DNA of 64,000 nt, taken from the NCBI RefSeq assembly GCF_963853765.1, contig NC_088855.1, forward strand, positions 14,446,001 to 14,510,000. The letters are read 5' to 3'. A program made the position numbers and the translations under genes. Each line of letters opens with the position of its first letter. Positions within the stretch are counted from its first letter, which is position 1. This document shows, in pieces, positions 1 to 12,497 of this stretch. The stretch is from Magallana gigas (taxonomy: Eukaryota). Under the pieces are notes generated by a model. It did no database searches, was not told the DNA's origin, and worked only from the letters and a program-made list of their open reading frames with translations.

Positions 1-1219
1 ACACAATTTCTCAATTTTGTTTTCGCATACCGTGGTCGCAATTCTTGGTACAATCTGCATCTCGATGCACGTATCGTATCCTAGTATGCAGCCATAATTT
101 CCTTTGGCCACATATACTTCAGCTGTTCCGATTTTCTTTTCATTTTAAATCGTTGCTGTGAATCTATTTCAAGCTTTGTATTTGAGCCATACGCAAAAAC
201 AGGATTATTGGCTTTCCTCAGTTTTACTTTACCTTTTATTTTCTCAAATGCTTTCTCGTCAATTGCGTTGATGCTTGAGCCTGTGTCAACAAGTATTGTT
301 ACGGGGATTCCGTTGATTTTAACTTTTATTTGTGGTTGCTTATATACAGAGTTAATCTGACCCAGACCAAAAACGTATTCTTCAGATTCACTTTCGGAGT
401 CACTGTACTTGGCGGCTTTATCGAGTGGTTTGATAGACTTAGAAGTAGAATGCAGTTTCTTCTTTGATTGACACACTGAAGCAAAGGGATCAGGCTTATG
501 ACATGAATTGCATGTTTTACCTCGGGCGGGGCATCTTCCATTCCGGTGAGGATATGATCCTCCACAAAAATAGCACTTGTCATTTGGTCGTGCGTCCTTG
601 TCATGCGGCGTTTTGTGTTTTTTCTCCAGGAATTTAGGTGCGTTTCTGCGTTTCCTTATCGCATTGACATCATTTGTGGATTTGTCCGATTTCTCAATTT
701 CGCTTGCTTGTCTGTCTGAGATTTCCATAGATCGCGCTAACTTCAGTAAATCGTTCAGACTCATGTCGTCCCCCTCAATGCACGTCTCCTCAACCTCGTT
801 GATACATGTATGCATCCCTGAATGATTTGAGACTTCAACTCCTTGTCATTTGCGGCGAACTCGCATGTTAATGATAATTGCCTAAGCCTAGTGTGAAACG
901 TATCTATGCTCTCCCCTGCTTCCTGTTTCGCCTGTCTAAACTTATACATTTCGAATACTGCAATTTTCTTTGGCGCAAAGTACTCCGTAAGTTTGGCTAC
1001 AGCGGTGTCGTAGTCGTCTCTGGTGTCGGGTAGAGTTTCAAAAATTTCATTCAATTCCTCTCCAGCATAGTGTAGGAGTAACGCTCTTTGTCTCGGTTTG
1101 TCGTTTTTAACGCCCATTGCGAGAATAAGATTGTCTAGTCTTAACTTCCACTTTTTCCAACGAATGTCAGGTGCATTTTCATGCACAGAAAACGGTGGGA
1201 AACTTGGTAATGATGACAT
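1..1219 (-). mobile_element. Degenerate Ty3/Gypsy LTR retrotransposon gag-protease (5' part; the rest lies beyond the window start)
   Basis: ORF 761-1219 is a Gypsy-type gag N-terminus (WKKWKLRLDNLILAMG...FRQAKQEAGESIDTFHTRLRQL). After a frameshift near 771, ORF 81-815 carries two Zn-knuckle-like motifs (CYFCGGSYPH..C; CNSCHKPDPFASVC) and an aspartic protease motif (LVDTGS). A further frameshift/stop lies near 150-175, after which the protease C-terminus (EVYVAKGNYGCILGYDTC) continues in another frame. Confidence 0.9.
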
Positions 1220-1277
1220 GATTAATATACCACAAGTGTTCTACACGGTAGTACTAAATCTCCAAGTATCACCAAGG

Positions 1278-1291
1278 CATCCTCGTCGCCA
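1278..1291 (-). other. Primer-binding site complementary to the tRNA-Ser(GCU) 3' end
   Basis: Minus strand reads TGGCGACGAGGATG, 1 nt after the LTR's terminal ACA. Eukaryotic tRNA-Ser(GCU) ends ...CATCCTCGTCG-CCA. Confidence 0.8.
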
Positions 1292-1292
1292 T

Positions 1293-1504
1293 TGTAATGT
1301 ATTGGAGAGAGAGTAAGAAACACGTCTGTATGGTTTGCTTACTATTTATTAAGTGAAGTGATATTTTCATATGATAACAGATGTTGGGATTGTACATAGA
1401 TTTACCCGTGAGAACATGGGCAGTCAGAGAGCGCTTAATAGCTTGAATATAAACACATAAATAAACACATCTCAGGAGTTGGTTCTAAATGTTTGGACAT
1501 TACA
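1293..1504 (-). mobile_element. 5' LTR (212 bp) of the Gypsy element
   Basis: Bounded by a perfect 8-bp inverted repeat TGTAATGT...ACATTACA. AATAAA on the minus strand at 1345-1350. Directly followed by the PBS and gag. Confidence 0.8.
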
Positions 1505-2056
1505 GGGATCTCAACTGTTTTGAAGATATTAAGGGACTTGCTGTTTGAGGGGGTCAGGACCACCCAAAGGGCCCATGACCTACATAACATTTGATGCCCC
1601 TTGACATCAGAAACATGAATATATATGGTTTAGGGGTCATAATTATAACAGTTTCTGAGATATATGGTAATTTCAAATCCCTGGGGGTGGGGAATACCCC
1701 AGGGGTCAGATCTAATAAACCCTATATATTGCCAGTAACAGTAAATATGTGATTATGAAAACCCTATATTATTATCTTTGTCCGTTTTCAAGTTACCATT
1801 TACCGGTACAATAGAGTCTACGATTCTTCCTACAAGGTTCAATATTAGACCCCCCCCCCCTAAAAAAATACTGGTTGAGTAAAATCAAACCAGGGTGCAC
1901 AACTAGATATGTAGGCCTATCATATTCTAGAGTTTTGTACAATTCAATTTAGCCATCTCTGCGAAACAAGTTCAGAGCGGGAAAGAAGAAAACGAAGAAT
2001 ATTAAGAACCGTACAAAAACAATAAGTCTCCAAATTTCATTCGGGAGACTTAATAA
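1505..2056. mobile_element. Helitron/Helentron-like non-autonomous repeat
   Basis: Ends in a 9-bp stem hairpin TAAGTCTCC (2023-2031) / GGAGACTTA (2044-2052). Internal motifs (gggatctca; catgacctacat..tgatgc) recur at about 2150-2230 and 3220-3440. The left boundary is approximate. Confidence 0.4.
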
Positions 2057-4830
2057 TAAAGATTAAATAGAGATAGGATCATCAAACATCAATAATTTAA
2101 AGATAATTGGCAATTTCTGATTCTAAGGGGGTCAAGATGACCCCTTAGGGTCATGACTTACATGCCATAATGATCTGATGCGACATGACCTAAGGAGGAA
2201 TAATATCTTAGGATTAAGTTGGGGATCTCAATGGTTTTTATGGTATTTGTTAATTTCAGGAAGAGCTCTTGGGATCCTGACCTACATACCATCTGAAATG
2301 TCTTGAACAAAGAAACAATAATATAATATGTACATGATATATGATTCAATTTAAGAACCCAGATATAGACCAATCATCTATGTTTTGTAATACTTCCTAT
2401 ATATATATACATGTATTAGTTTGTGTTTTGTTCTATACTATTCATGTTCATGACTGTAGTATGGCTTAGTCTTATTTTAAATTACATTAAAAAATTGTCA
2501 AATATATGACTTGTAACCCCCCACCCCCAAACAAACTCAAATATAAACAGTTCTCCCCCCCCCTTAATTGTCGAATGGTCTATTAAAATCAAAATATAAT
2601 TTGGGTGTCTAAAAACTTTTATAGACTGGTAAAAAATGTTATTCTTAAAAAAAATTACATTACACCTTGCATAATTGACAAATGATCTATTGAGATATGA
2701 TCAGAGGTCATATTTCTACCTTGGGATCAATAACTAGTATTCATTGACAAGTTAAAATTAATAACAATAAATGATTCAAATTATAAATGTTTATACTCCA
2801 CATTCACCCCCCCCCCCCCACCCCAATCTAACCTGCTTCTAAAGATTCAGTCTTCTTAATACATTCTTACATGTGTACAGTAGCAAATTTTAAATCATTT
2901 CTGGATTGCTTTTTCTCTCCTGATGCACATTAATGGATTGGAAATTGCTTAGTTCAATTTTTAAGATTTATAAACAAAATGTTATATGCATGTGTATTCG
3001 CCTATTTGGGGCAATTGTAAAGTCTCCTAAACAAAGCAATGACATCATTTGGCTAGAAATTACCCACATGGATCAAACACTACATATGAATAAGATAAAA
3101 TACTTTATTATTTCTAGTTCTAGAATGTCAGAGTGTCTCCATGGGGGCATAATCTATATACAATTTTACGCGCAATGACACAAAGAGCAAGAATAAATTA
3201 TATGGTTTAGGGATGAGCTAGGATCTCAGATCTCAGAAGTTAACAAAATATACAGTGTACGTATCATCATTTCCTATTTCATAAAGGCGGGAGGTGAAGT
3301 CATGAAGACAACACCTGGGGGTCATTAATGTACTTTACACCATATGATGCATCATAATGACATTACAAGATATTTTGTATTTTCCTTTTTCGTGGGGTCA
3401 AAACAGTCCCATACGGTCATGACCTACATTGTATTTGATGCATTATAATCCATTAAGAAAGAAATACTCCTTAATTCCTTCTTATATTATAACTCATATA
3501 AAATGATAAGTGTCTACACTTACTTACATGTAATACACAAATATAATACGAAATTGTTTATACAGGGTCAATATGGGGTCAACTTAATAGATAGTGCAAG
3601 TCTGACATTTAAATGAAAAAAATCACTTTTGCAATTTAAATGACGGAAACTTTACAAATGCGGTAGTATAGGTAACGATGATAAGCTTCTTTAGATATTA
3701 AAAGATGATGATACAGTATGCTGTCAAATGGAGATCACATTTAGAAAGTGAAAGTAGAACATATGTATGCTGGCATCTCATTATATTGTGCTACTGCTAC
3801 TACATGCATTATGCTTACCTTTATTGGTCAACATCATGATAATCCAATTAAAACACAATAATGAATTCCTTTAGCTGATCTTAACTAATCCTTTCCTGCA
3901 TATGGAAAACACATACATGTATGTATACACGTGAACCGGCCATCTAATCGAAGAGCTGGGTAAAACTAGTACCCGCTAATGAGACCTGCAGTTGTGTACG
4001 TAACTTCAGACAAAGATCAGTTATTTATAACATGCATGTATTTTTATGACATATTCTTCAAATCCACTTGCACTATTTTATTAGGTAAATAACAGCGTTA
4101 AGGTGGTGCAGGACACCTGCATTTTGTGATGTATACTTCCTATTGAGATAAACAATAAAGTATATTAAATATTAATTAAATATTTACCTCCCAAATAATG
4201 TTACCTAACATTGAAGCGCAGTGGGTTAGAGCGTTTACATGACTGTAAGAGCACTGGGGTCCAAGGTGTATTTTTGGTAATTTTACTATTGATATAAATG
4301 AATTTTCATGGGGGGGGGGGGGGTTGGGGGTTGGACCCCTCCCTCCCACCCCTTCTCTAAATCTGTGCACACGATGATGTACATGTAGGCACACAGGAGC
4401 AAATCTAAAACCGGCAACCGCCATGGGGAGGGGGCATTATTTTATTTTTAATTTTGTTTGTAATAATTATATAGACCATTATACTTTCTATGACATGAAA
4501 TGTTAAGATTATTGATTAACTGAAAATTCACTGCAAACAGTTCAACCCCAAATTGCACATAAATTGCTGCTCATATTATCATATGGGAAGGGATCTCATC
4601 CTTCAGTTATGAAAATTATAATTTTTAGATGTATTACAGGAGCTTGCATGTGGCCTTTATTTTTAATTAAACTGGTACAAAAGAGTGATATTTAGGGGCA
4701 AACACTTGGTGCGGGTATTACTGTCTAATGACAGCATCTACTTTGTATTGGTTGAGTGGTGTCTTTGGTGTCAGGTGATTGTCCAGTTTGAGTTGTATTC
4801 GTGTGGTCATGTATTGCTGTCCCTTTGGGG

Positions 4831-5231
4831 TGTAATAGAGTTGTAGAACCCGTATGTGAGGGGTGCGGTAGCTAAGTACGCATGTGTGAATGTTAGTATA
4901 AATGCAATTTTATAAATATTTCTATTAATTTCCTACGACAACACGTCATAGATGTATGATCTCCACTAAGGTAGCATTCCTCAGAAATTCCTTACGGAAC
5001 CTATGGATTAGTTCTGGTAAGGGATATGTCCATATTTATTTAAATAACTGCAACTTAATAATTAATATTGTGTAAATGAATTGTACGAGTGTTTCATTTT
5101 CAATTAAGGTCACCTTTACTTTATATTACTATGCGTAAATCATCTGCAATGAAAAACTTTTGTGAACCTTCATCAATGGTTATTTATATTCTGTTCATAT
5201 GATGGAAAACACCGTCACAATGGCGCCCAAC
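4831..5231 (+). mobile_element. Possible orphan LTR with tRNA-Lys PBS
   Basis: TGTAAT at 4831 ... TCACA at 5215-5219, then TGGCGCCCAAC at 5221-5231 (canonical Lys-tRNA PBS start). TATAAA-like sequence near 4896. No internal ORF follows. Confidence 0.4.
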
Positions 5232-5389
5232 ATGCTTTAGAGGTGACCACATAATACAAATAAAGATTTTAAAATCGTTTACCAAATGATCAATACATCA
5301 ATATTGTAGTACATATGTGCTTTGTGTGTGGAAATTTCGAAGAAAAAAATCTTCAGTGTTCAGTATCGATTTGTTGTTTAGCTGCTCAT

Positions 5390-6133
5390 TACGGAAGCCC
5401 GTAAGTGCCACATGATATATATAAAGAAAACTACATATATATATAAAGNNNNNNNNNNNNNNNNNNNNNNNNNNNNNNNNNNNNNNNNNNNNNNNNNNNN
5501 NNNNNNNNNNNNNNNNNNNNNNNNNNNNNNNNNNNNNNNNNNNNNNNNNNNNNNNNNNNNNNNNNNNNNNNNNNNNNNNNNNNNNNNNNNNNNNNNNNNN
5601 NNNNAGAAAACTGAATATATATAAAGAAAATCGTGTATATATATATAGATAACCACTGATATATATATATAAAGAAAATCGCGATATATAAGCAAGAGTG
5701 ATATCTATATAAAGCCAAAAAATTCCACTACGTGACCTTCACCGATTGCAGCCTAATGCTGCATATAATTAACAAACTCCGCCTACAGAGGAGAGAGGCC
5801 ACAAATGCAATTATCGCTCCATGGTCAGCCGATCAAAAGAGAGGTAAAGAATTTATTTGTACTATAGACAATGTGTTAAAAGAAATTGCATGTAACTCTA
5901 TTGTAACGAAAATATGTTTTACTGTTTAATATTTATATCCTTATAACCATCGCCTTAAAATTGTTTATAAACTGTTTAAATTACTAATAGATTGATAGGA
6001 GTGTCTGGCTACCCAAAGCACAAAAGTTTATTCCAACAAAAATTGTGGATATATATATATCAGTGGTTATCTATATATATATACACGATTTTCTTTATAT
6101 ATATTCAGTTTTCTTTATATATATATCGTATTC

Positions 6134-6170
<37 letters not shown>

Positions 6171-6259
6171 TTTTCTTTATATATATAAATATACGATTTT
6201 CTTTATATATATATGTAGTTTTCTTTATATATATCATGTGGCACTTACGGGCTTCCGTA
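5390..6259. mobile_element. Foldback non-autonomous DNA transposon, IS3EU-like
   Basis: Termini TACGGAAGCCCGTAAGTGCCACATG... / ...CATGTGGCACTTACGGGCTTCCGTA. 6-bp TSD GCTCAT at 5384-5389 and 6260-6265. TIRs over 200 bp are built of (TA)n-AAGAAAA subrepeats. TAY..RTA ends with a 6-bp TSD match the IS3EU superfamily description. Confidence 0.75.
5449..5604. other. Assembly gap (156 N) inside the left TIR of the foldback element
   Basis: Run of N. The flanks match the reverse complement of 6201-6259 and 6050-6114. Confidence 0.99.
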
Positions 6260-6393
6260 GCTCATGTTGCTAAACATGCATATCTAGATGAACACTGATA
6301 TATATTTGACATGGTAAAGCTAAGTATTCATTTATTCGAGGTTGTTGTTTACACCTTTAATGGTATAAGTACACTTTTTAGATAGACTCTTAC

Positions 6394-8840
6394 TATCATT
6401 TTGGCATCCGTGGGTAGAATTGCAGTAAGCCTCAGAACAGTTGTTTGGGTAATTATTGCAGGAGGAACTGCATCGCTTTCCATAATGTGGATAATCGCAC
6501 GCTTTGCTGCAATTCGCACTATAAAACCCCTGCGGACACTCTGTGTAGAATTAATTATCATTTTGTTACACAACAGGTATATAACATAAGATTTGATAAC
6601 TTTGAAAAAACAAATGTTGTCATTAATTAAATACTCGAATATAAGCGCTTGCCTCTAAAGAACACTTCTTATATCTCTATAGAAGCCACTATTAGGCTTA
6701 CACCTTTTTACAAAGTAGTTTAATTCGGTCCCTAATCAAGTGTTCTTGAAATTATTCTATAAATAATAAATCATCAGATTAATCCTTCATATATGTAACT
6801 TTTTTAAAATTATAATGAATTTTAAGCGTATATACTTGGTTTGTGAAATTTACATCTAAAAGGAGAGAACGAGGGTCCACATCTCTCTTCTGAGCAATTT
6901 TAGAGTATCAAATACAAAATATCTAGACTTTTAAAAACTTTCTCGAAACATACCTACGTAAAAATTTGACCTCCGTGTTGCCTAAGCCTACCCACTAGAA
7001 TGATAAATAGATCAAAGTTGAATTTTCACTTCTTGAGGATGCTTTCACTCAAGTTACAGCTTTAATGGCCGAATGGCTTTAGAGAAGATTTTTTTCCAAA
7101 TTCAATATATTCCACTGTAAAGATTAGACCCCCCCCTTCCCAATGTACCTCCCCCCCCCCCCCCCCCGGGATTTGAACAAACTTAAATCTACACTACCTG
7201 AGGATGCTGAGGTTCAGTTTTTCTGGCCAAATTTGTTTAGAGAAAATGTTTGACAAATACAAACATATTTTTAAAAATTCAAAATTATCTACCCTTTTAG
7301 GAGGTTCATGAGGACGTGGCCTTTATTTGAAGAAACTTGAATGTCTTTCACCCAATAATGCAATGTGCCAAGTTTGGATGAAATTGGGCAAGTGATGTTT
7401 GAGAAGAAGATGAAAATGAAAAAAGTTAACAACGATGACGACGCAAACGACAGACAATGGACACAATTTTTTTTAACGTTCCCGAGCTTTCGGCTCAGGT
7501 GAGCTACCAATATCTTTAGTAAGAAAGATGTTTTGTTTTCTTGGGTTTTTTTTACATGGTTACACGAAATACATGTACTATTAAGTCAAGATATAGAGCA
7601 AAATTTGGTGCAGTTTAATATTTTTTAATGGCCCCACTAAAACTAGACGAGAGAATTCGTGATTTATACAATATTATTAATCATCAATCACATATTACAA
7701 TTGGAGGAAAATCGTTATCGTAGTACTTCTTTAATCTGCTTCGAAGTGCGAAAAATGGCAATCTCCTACATATTCCTTTAGTATATTGAACCTCTTTTTG
7801 AGATTTTGAGATGGCCCAAAAAGGAATCAGAGATTGGTAAAAAAAAAAAATGAGCTATTGATAATGACCACGGGTATATTTAAAGACTTTGGTCTCAGTT
7901 TCCAACGTTGGAAAAGCAACCCCGGATCAATATTTAACATTGAAATATGACACCCTGTTCAATTTTTAATCTGGGTCAAAATTCTTCAGTACACCGGCTC
8001 TGATGCTAAATGATTCTTTAGGAGTTGTTTATGTTTGAGATATACAGTGTATAATTGCATGGTAGAATCGGTTAATCATGTCGACATATTTTCTGTCTTC
8101 ATGTTGTGAATATTTTAAAGTGAAGATACGTAAAATAAATAATTTACGGGCAGTACGGACAACGGGCTGTCAAGCATTGAATGTTAGAGCTTGTTTATAT
8201 GGGCGAGATTGATTGAACGACACGAGTGACTCGGGTTGCCAGAGTTGTCAATAAAACATGTATTTCACGACACTAGTGTTGAACCCGTGTCACAAAAGTT
8301 TACTCCTACTTTTAAGCTAGTACACTGTTCAAATGTCAATGCACGACGCACGACGTCGGAAACAACGGGACAGCAATATTCTTTTTGTTTTTTATTCTAA
8401 AAGTATGGGCATAGTACATGTAAGTAATAGACTATCCAGATAATGAACAAGTATAAACACGCTTTTTGCTTATTTACTATTTGGATTAAAATATTAGCAT
8501 AGGTATACAGGTTTACTTTATGCAAGCTCTATTGACTTAGCTCTTACTTGTACCTTCTATTCGTCAACTGAAAGCCCGAACAGCATTTACTGAAAGTAAA
8601 AAAAGGTTAAGTGAAACACAAACTAATTAAAATTAGACTTGTAATTCCGCTCCTCTACGGATTACAAGTCTAATTTTAATTAGATTGAGTGAAACACAGT
8701 GTAATGAAGGCTTATCGTATTTTTTTCTCTCCAAATATCCACCTACAAATTCCTTCTGAGTTGTTTCTTCCGCAGCATCCTTGGCTGGTTACATTACTCA
8801 ATTCAAGCGCAAAACACACTAACCAGAAATACCTCTTCAT
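6394..8840 (-). pseudogene. Receptor paralog R1: signal peptide + CC module + EGF-like exon; frameshifted, no TM exon found
   Basis: Exon 1 8840-8743 (MKRYFWLVCFALELSNVTSQGCCGRNNSEGIC). Exon 2 from 8589 (KCCSGFQLTNRRY); its available GT donors (after 8554 or 8548) give phase 2, whereas paralogs have a 44-bp phase-1 exon. Intact 147-bp EGF exon 6540-6394 (CPQGFYSANCSKACDYPHYGKRCSSSCNNYPNNCSEAYCNSTHGC). Confidence 0.7.
6865..7506. mobile_element. Helentron-associated non-autonomous element
   Basis: 3' end ...gagctttcggctcaggtgagcta with a small GAGC/GCTC hairpin (7484-7496), preceded by gac/gacaga-rich tracts. A similar end occurs at about 26890-26927. Family assignment is from recall of bivalve repeats, not a search. 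Confidence 0.5.
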
Positions 8841-9785
8841 TCCAATACAAGGCAGCAATAAGAAATTTATAAACTTTCCCCATGTATAGTAAAATATTAT
8901 GAAAAAAATACATATGGTTTACAAGGAAATAAGACTATTATATAATTAGCATGTTTAACTATATGTGTATTGTTAAACACACCCCGTAATATCTCATGTT
9001 AATTTCCTTTACATTTTCTATTCTGGTTCATCTTTACGAAGAAATCTAATTTTGCAGATTCTATACTGGTCAGAATTAGATTTAAAGTGAGGAGAAATTA
9101 GTACTCTTTTATTTTTTCCGTAACAACTGGCTGCATATACAACTTATAAAAATTATTTTCAAATATATATAAATAAAAAAATATTGCATTCAATAAAATC
9201 ATTACTTTGCATTGTGGTAAATGATTACATTTTTTTTTTAAATCCAAAATGAATATTGCACAGGGAGTAAAGAAAGTGGTTGTTTAAGGTGGCTGAATGG
9301 TAAAATAAATACCCATCAGATCTGCCTTAAAATTTGAAAAAAAATGGGCTAAAAATCATTACATGGTTGGAAACAATCCAAAAATATCTACATGTAGCTT
9401 TAAAATTCAAACACTTTCATATATCTTTATACGGAGCGCCTCCTTTAAAAAAATACACTGTAAATGTAACCTTAAATGGTTACCACTATCAAGCCTTCAT
9501 TTAAAATGTTTCTTGTCAAGCTCCAGAAAATTATCTGTTTTCAATATATTGCATTATAGAGATATTTTGAAGTCCAAGGTTCCTAACGCAATTCATGTTT
9601 CCTCTCTAACTTGTATTCAGCTACAGTAGTTAAATCCACCTAATGAAAAATGACAATAACAAACTGTAAACCATCTCAAAAATCTATAAAGCAAAATACG
9701 AATTTAAAACAGAGCGACACGGGCCTCCAAAACGATAGAGGTGGGATCAGGTGCCTAGGAGGAGTAAGCATCCCTTGCAGACCGG

Positions 9786-12497
9786 TTTCATATAGTGCCT
9801 TTTCCCCTAGCCATCTTTCCCCCCGGAAAAAAGGCTATATAGCATTTTTTCCCCTGGAAAAATAGCAATATAGCAGTTTTTCCCGCCACGGAAAGCTGAC
9901 TATATAGTGGGTTTTCCCCCTTTTAATAGCCAGATTACCCCCACGGAAAGCGTACTATATAGTAGACACTGGCGTCGGAAGCAAATTGAAAGTGGGGGGC
10001 TAGACTAATCCTAAAAAAAAACCTATTAATTCCCAAAATCATGGAAATCCTAATCCGTGGAAGGGGGGGGGGGGGGTATACCTATACTTCCCCCAAAAAA
10101 TATCTTACCTACCAAATTTTCTTTCCCCCAAATCATGAAATTCCTAATCCGGGGGGGGGGGGAGGGCTTGGCTAATATGTCTATGACTCCAACTTCTCAA
10201 TCTTTCAAGGTAAATTAAGGAACAATTATCTTTGCTGCGAGAAAAAGGGGGGGGGGGCTGAACCCTTTATGATGCTATGTCCCAAATGGTTAGGTCTAAC
10301 TTTGCTAAGCCCACCCCCCCCCCCCCCGGTTCCGACGCCTATGGTAGATTTTCCCCCTTTTTTACATTCCGGTTATGGTTATGGCGGACCATTCGTGGCA
10401 ATAATTTGCAATAACTGATATGATATTAATTTCTCATTATAAAAGATAATAGTGACATTTATTAATACATAGTAAAAAAATACATGAGGTTTTTCATTCT
10501 GATATGAACAAAGGCACGCTCCTTCATAACATTCCTGTGTCATCACCATTCATTTCACATTCTGTTACACCTTTTTGGGATACCTTTTATTCGAATTTCG
10601 GAATATCTCGAATTTTTTTACTCTAATCGGTGCTTATCTACAGTTTTGACTTTGACGTTAGACATGGACATTTTTCACAGAACATATCAGAATACATTTG
10701 AGTGAAAATACGCCGGCTTGGAACTTTAATTTTGCCATGTATTATCATCTATGTATCAATTCCTCCAAGGAAACTAACTGACCAATCTTGACTTAATTTT
10801 GTAGAGGAAGGAAAAAGAAGTGGAAATATATTACCCCCTTCGTCCAAAAGGCTATAAATTTTAAACTTATACTGTTAGAATTGGCCATCTTAAATATAGT
10901 TATATATTTCTACTTCTAAATATCAAACGAGTAATAGGGTGCAATGATACGATTGAGAAACTGAAATGTTTTACTTCGATTAGTGGGGATCTAAATCATG
11001 GGTAAGGGGTATTATAATTGATTATGTATTAAAGCATGTGTAAAGTTAGTATTTACAATTTTGTTTTTGAGTCACGCATATTCATGTTCATGTTTTTAAG
11101 CACATTATTTTACGAAACGCAAGTTTTTATGATGTAAACAATTTAAAAAAAAATGAAATGGCTTCAAAACCAGAACAAAGTCGGTATCTTTGCTGGTTTC
11201 TTCGGAAAATGTAAAATGGAGTCTAAACTAATCTTTTGTATATATTATCATTCACTGTGTGCTAATTTGTTTCGCTTTTTATTTTGCACGAGATTTAGAA
11301 ATATACAATTTTAAAAACAATGCCATGTAAAACAAGATATACGATTCACTAACCTAAAAATCTTATCATACTATTTATTTCAGATTTTTGCAATAAAGAT
11401 TTACTTGTTTACCATATTATTTCTTCGAACATTTAAACAATGGTAACTGAAAATTAGAAAATTAACACATTTTTTGTTATGAGCTGGCTTATTTTATTTT
11501 TTGAAATATGGTTCTTCTAATCGATTGGCAAGTAAAAAAAAGTCGTATATCAAAGGCGCTGTTGTTGGTTATTTATTTTTGGTTTTTTTTTAAATAAGAT
11601 TTTATTTATTTCATTATCTAATTATTTATTATATTAGTCTTATGAATATTTTGAAGAATAATGAATTTACCCGTGTACCTTTTGTAAATTTTTTGTTCGT
11701 AAATTCAAAAAGAAAAGACTGAATTGAACGTAATTTTCAACTATATGATAAAGAAATGTATGAGTCAATGTATTTTTTTAATGATGTAGTTCTGTTGAAT
11801 AAAATTGCAAAATAATGAGATCTTTAAAAATCAAGGAAATAAACAAAAATATCACGTAGGCTCTAATTGGACGCATGCAGCTGTATGCACTGTACTCTCT
11901 TTATGTATAGTTATATTGGGACGCAGCAACATTTATGCAGCGAACACTTTTCGTCTATACTTATTACGGACGCTTTATTGAAAAGTGGCTAAGGTCTGAA
12001 CACACTGTTACTTCATGAGCGATCATTCAGTTCTTCCAAAAATTCTCTAGAACAGAGGGTGAGCCTGGACAACAGACAGACGGACTGTTAGATTTATATA
12101 AAAAATTCTCAAAACATTTCATTTACAAATTCAGAACACAGAGTTATGCATATAAGTGCATATCTTGTAAAACCAAATACTTTTTCAATAAAATTACCTA
12201 AATGAGGTTCTTTGTAAGTATCTAATTCCATTACACACAATTTTAGGCATTGTCTATAAAATTAATAAATCGGCAAAACGAAACTTAACCTGTACAGAAA
12301 CATTGATTTTAATCCTTGTTGGGTTTCCGTAATTTTTTTTTATAAATTCTGAACCAAAAACGTAAGGGAAAACCCTACTATGGGGGAAAAGCTACTATAT
12401 AGTAGCTTTTCCCCCCAGGGGGAAGGGCCACTATATAGTTTTTCCAGTAGGTTTTCCATGGGGAAAAGCTACAATGGGGGGAAACTGCTATACAACA
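9786..12497. mobile_element. Ginger1-like non-autonomous DNA transposon (2.7 kb)
   Basis: CCGG direct repeat at 9782-9785 and 12498-12501. Ends TTTCATATAG (probably TGTC.. mutated) / CTATACAACA. Subterminal arrays of CTATATAG + TTTTCCC/GGGAAAA at 9790-9960 and 12370-12497. The flanks rejoin into one dispersed repeat (...gcagaCCGGtcgcacccgcc...). Confidence 0.7.
9967..10343. mobile_element. MITE nested in the Ginger-like element
   Basis: TIR CACTGGCGTCGGAAGC / GGTTCCGACGCCTATG. GTAGA direct repeat at 9962-9966 and 10344-10348. Poly-G/poly-C tracts inside. Confidence 0.7.

Noticed and set aside
3819-3894. AG...GTAAGC-bounded segment on the minus strand as a possible downstream R1 exon
   Set aside because: Stop codons in all three frames and no similarity to the stalk or TM exons.
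4700-4830. Minus-strand peptide HPKGTAIHDHTNTTQTGQ, faintly like a Penelope GIY-YIG tail
   Set aside because: Too short, with no RT or GIY-YIG motifs nearby, so it cannot be supported.
5378-6273. ORFs rich in IYIY (5378-5718, 5992-6273), and likewise 17004-17258
   Set aside because: Translation artefacts of (TA)n repeats and the N gap.
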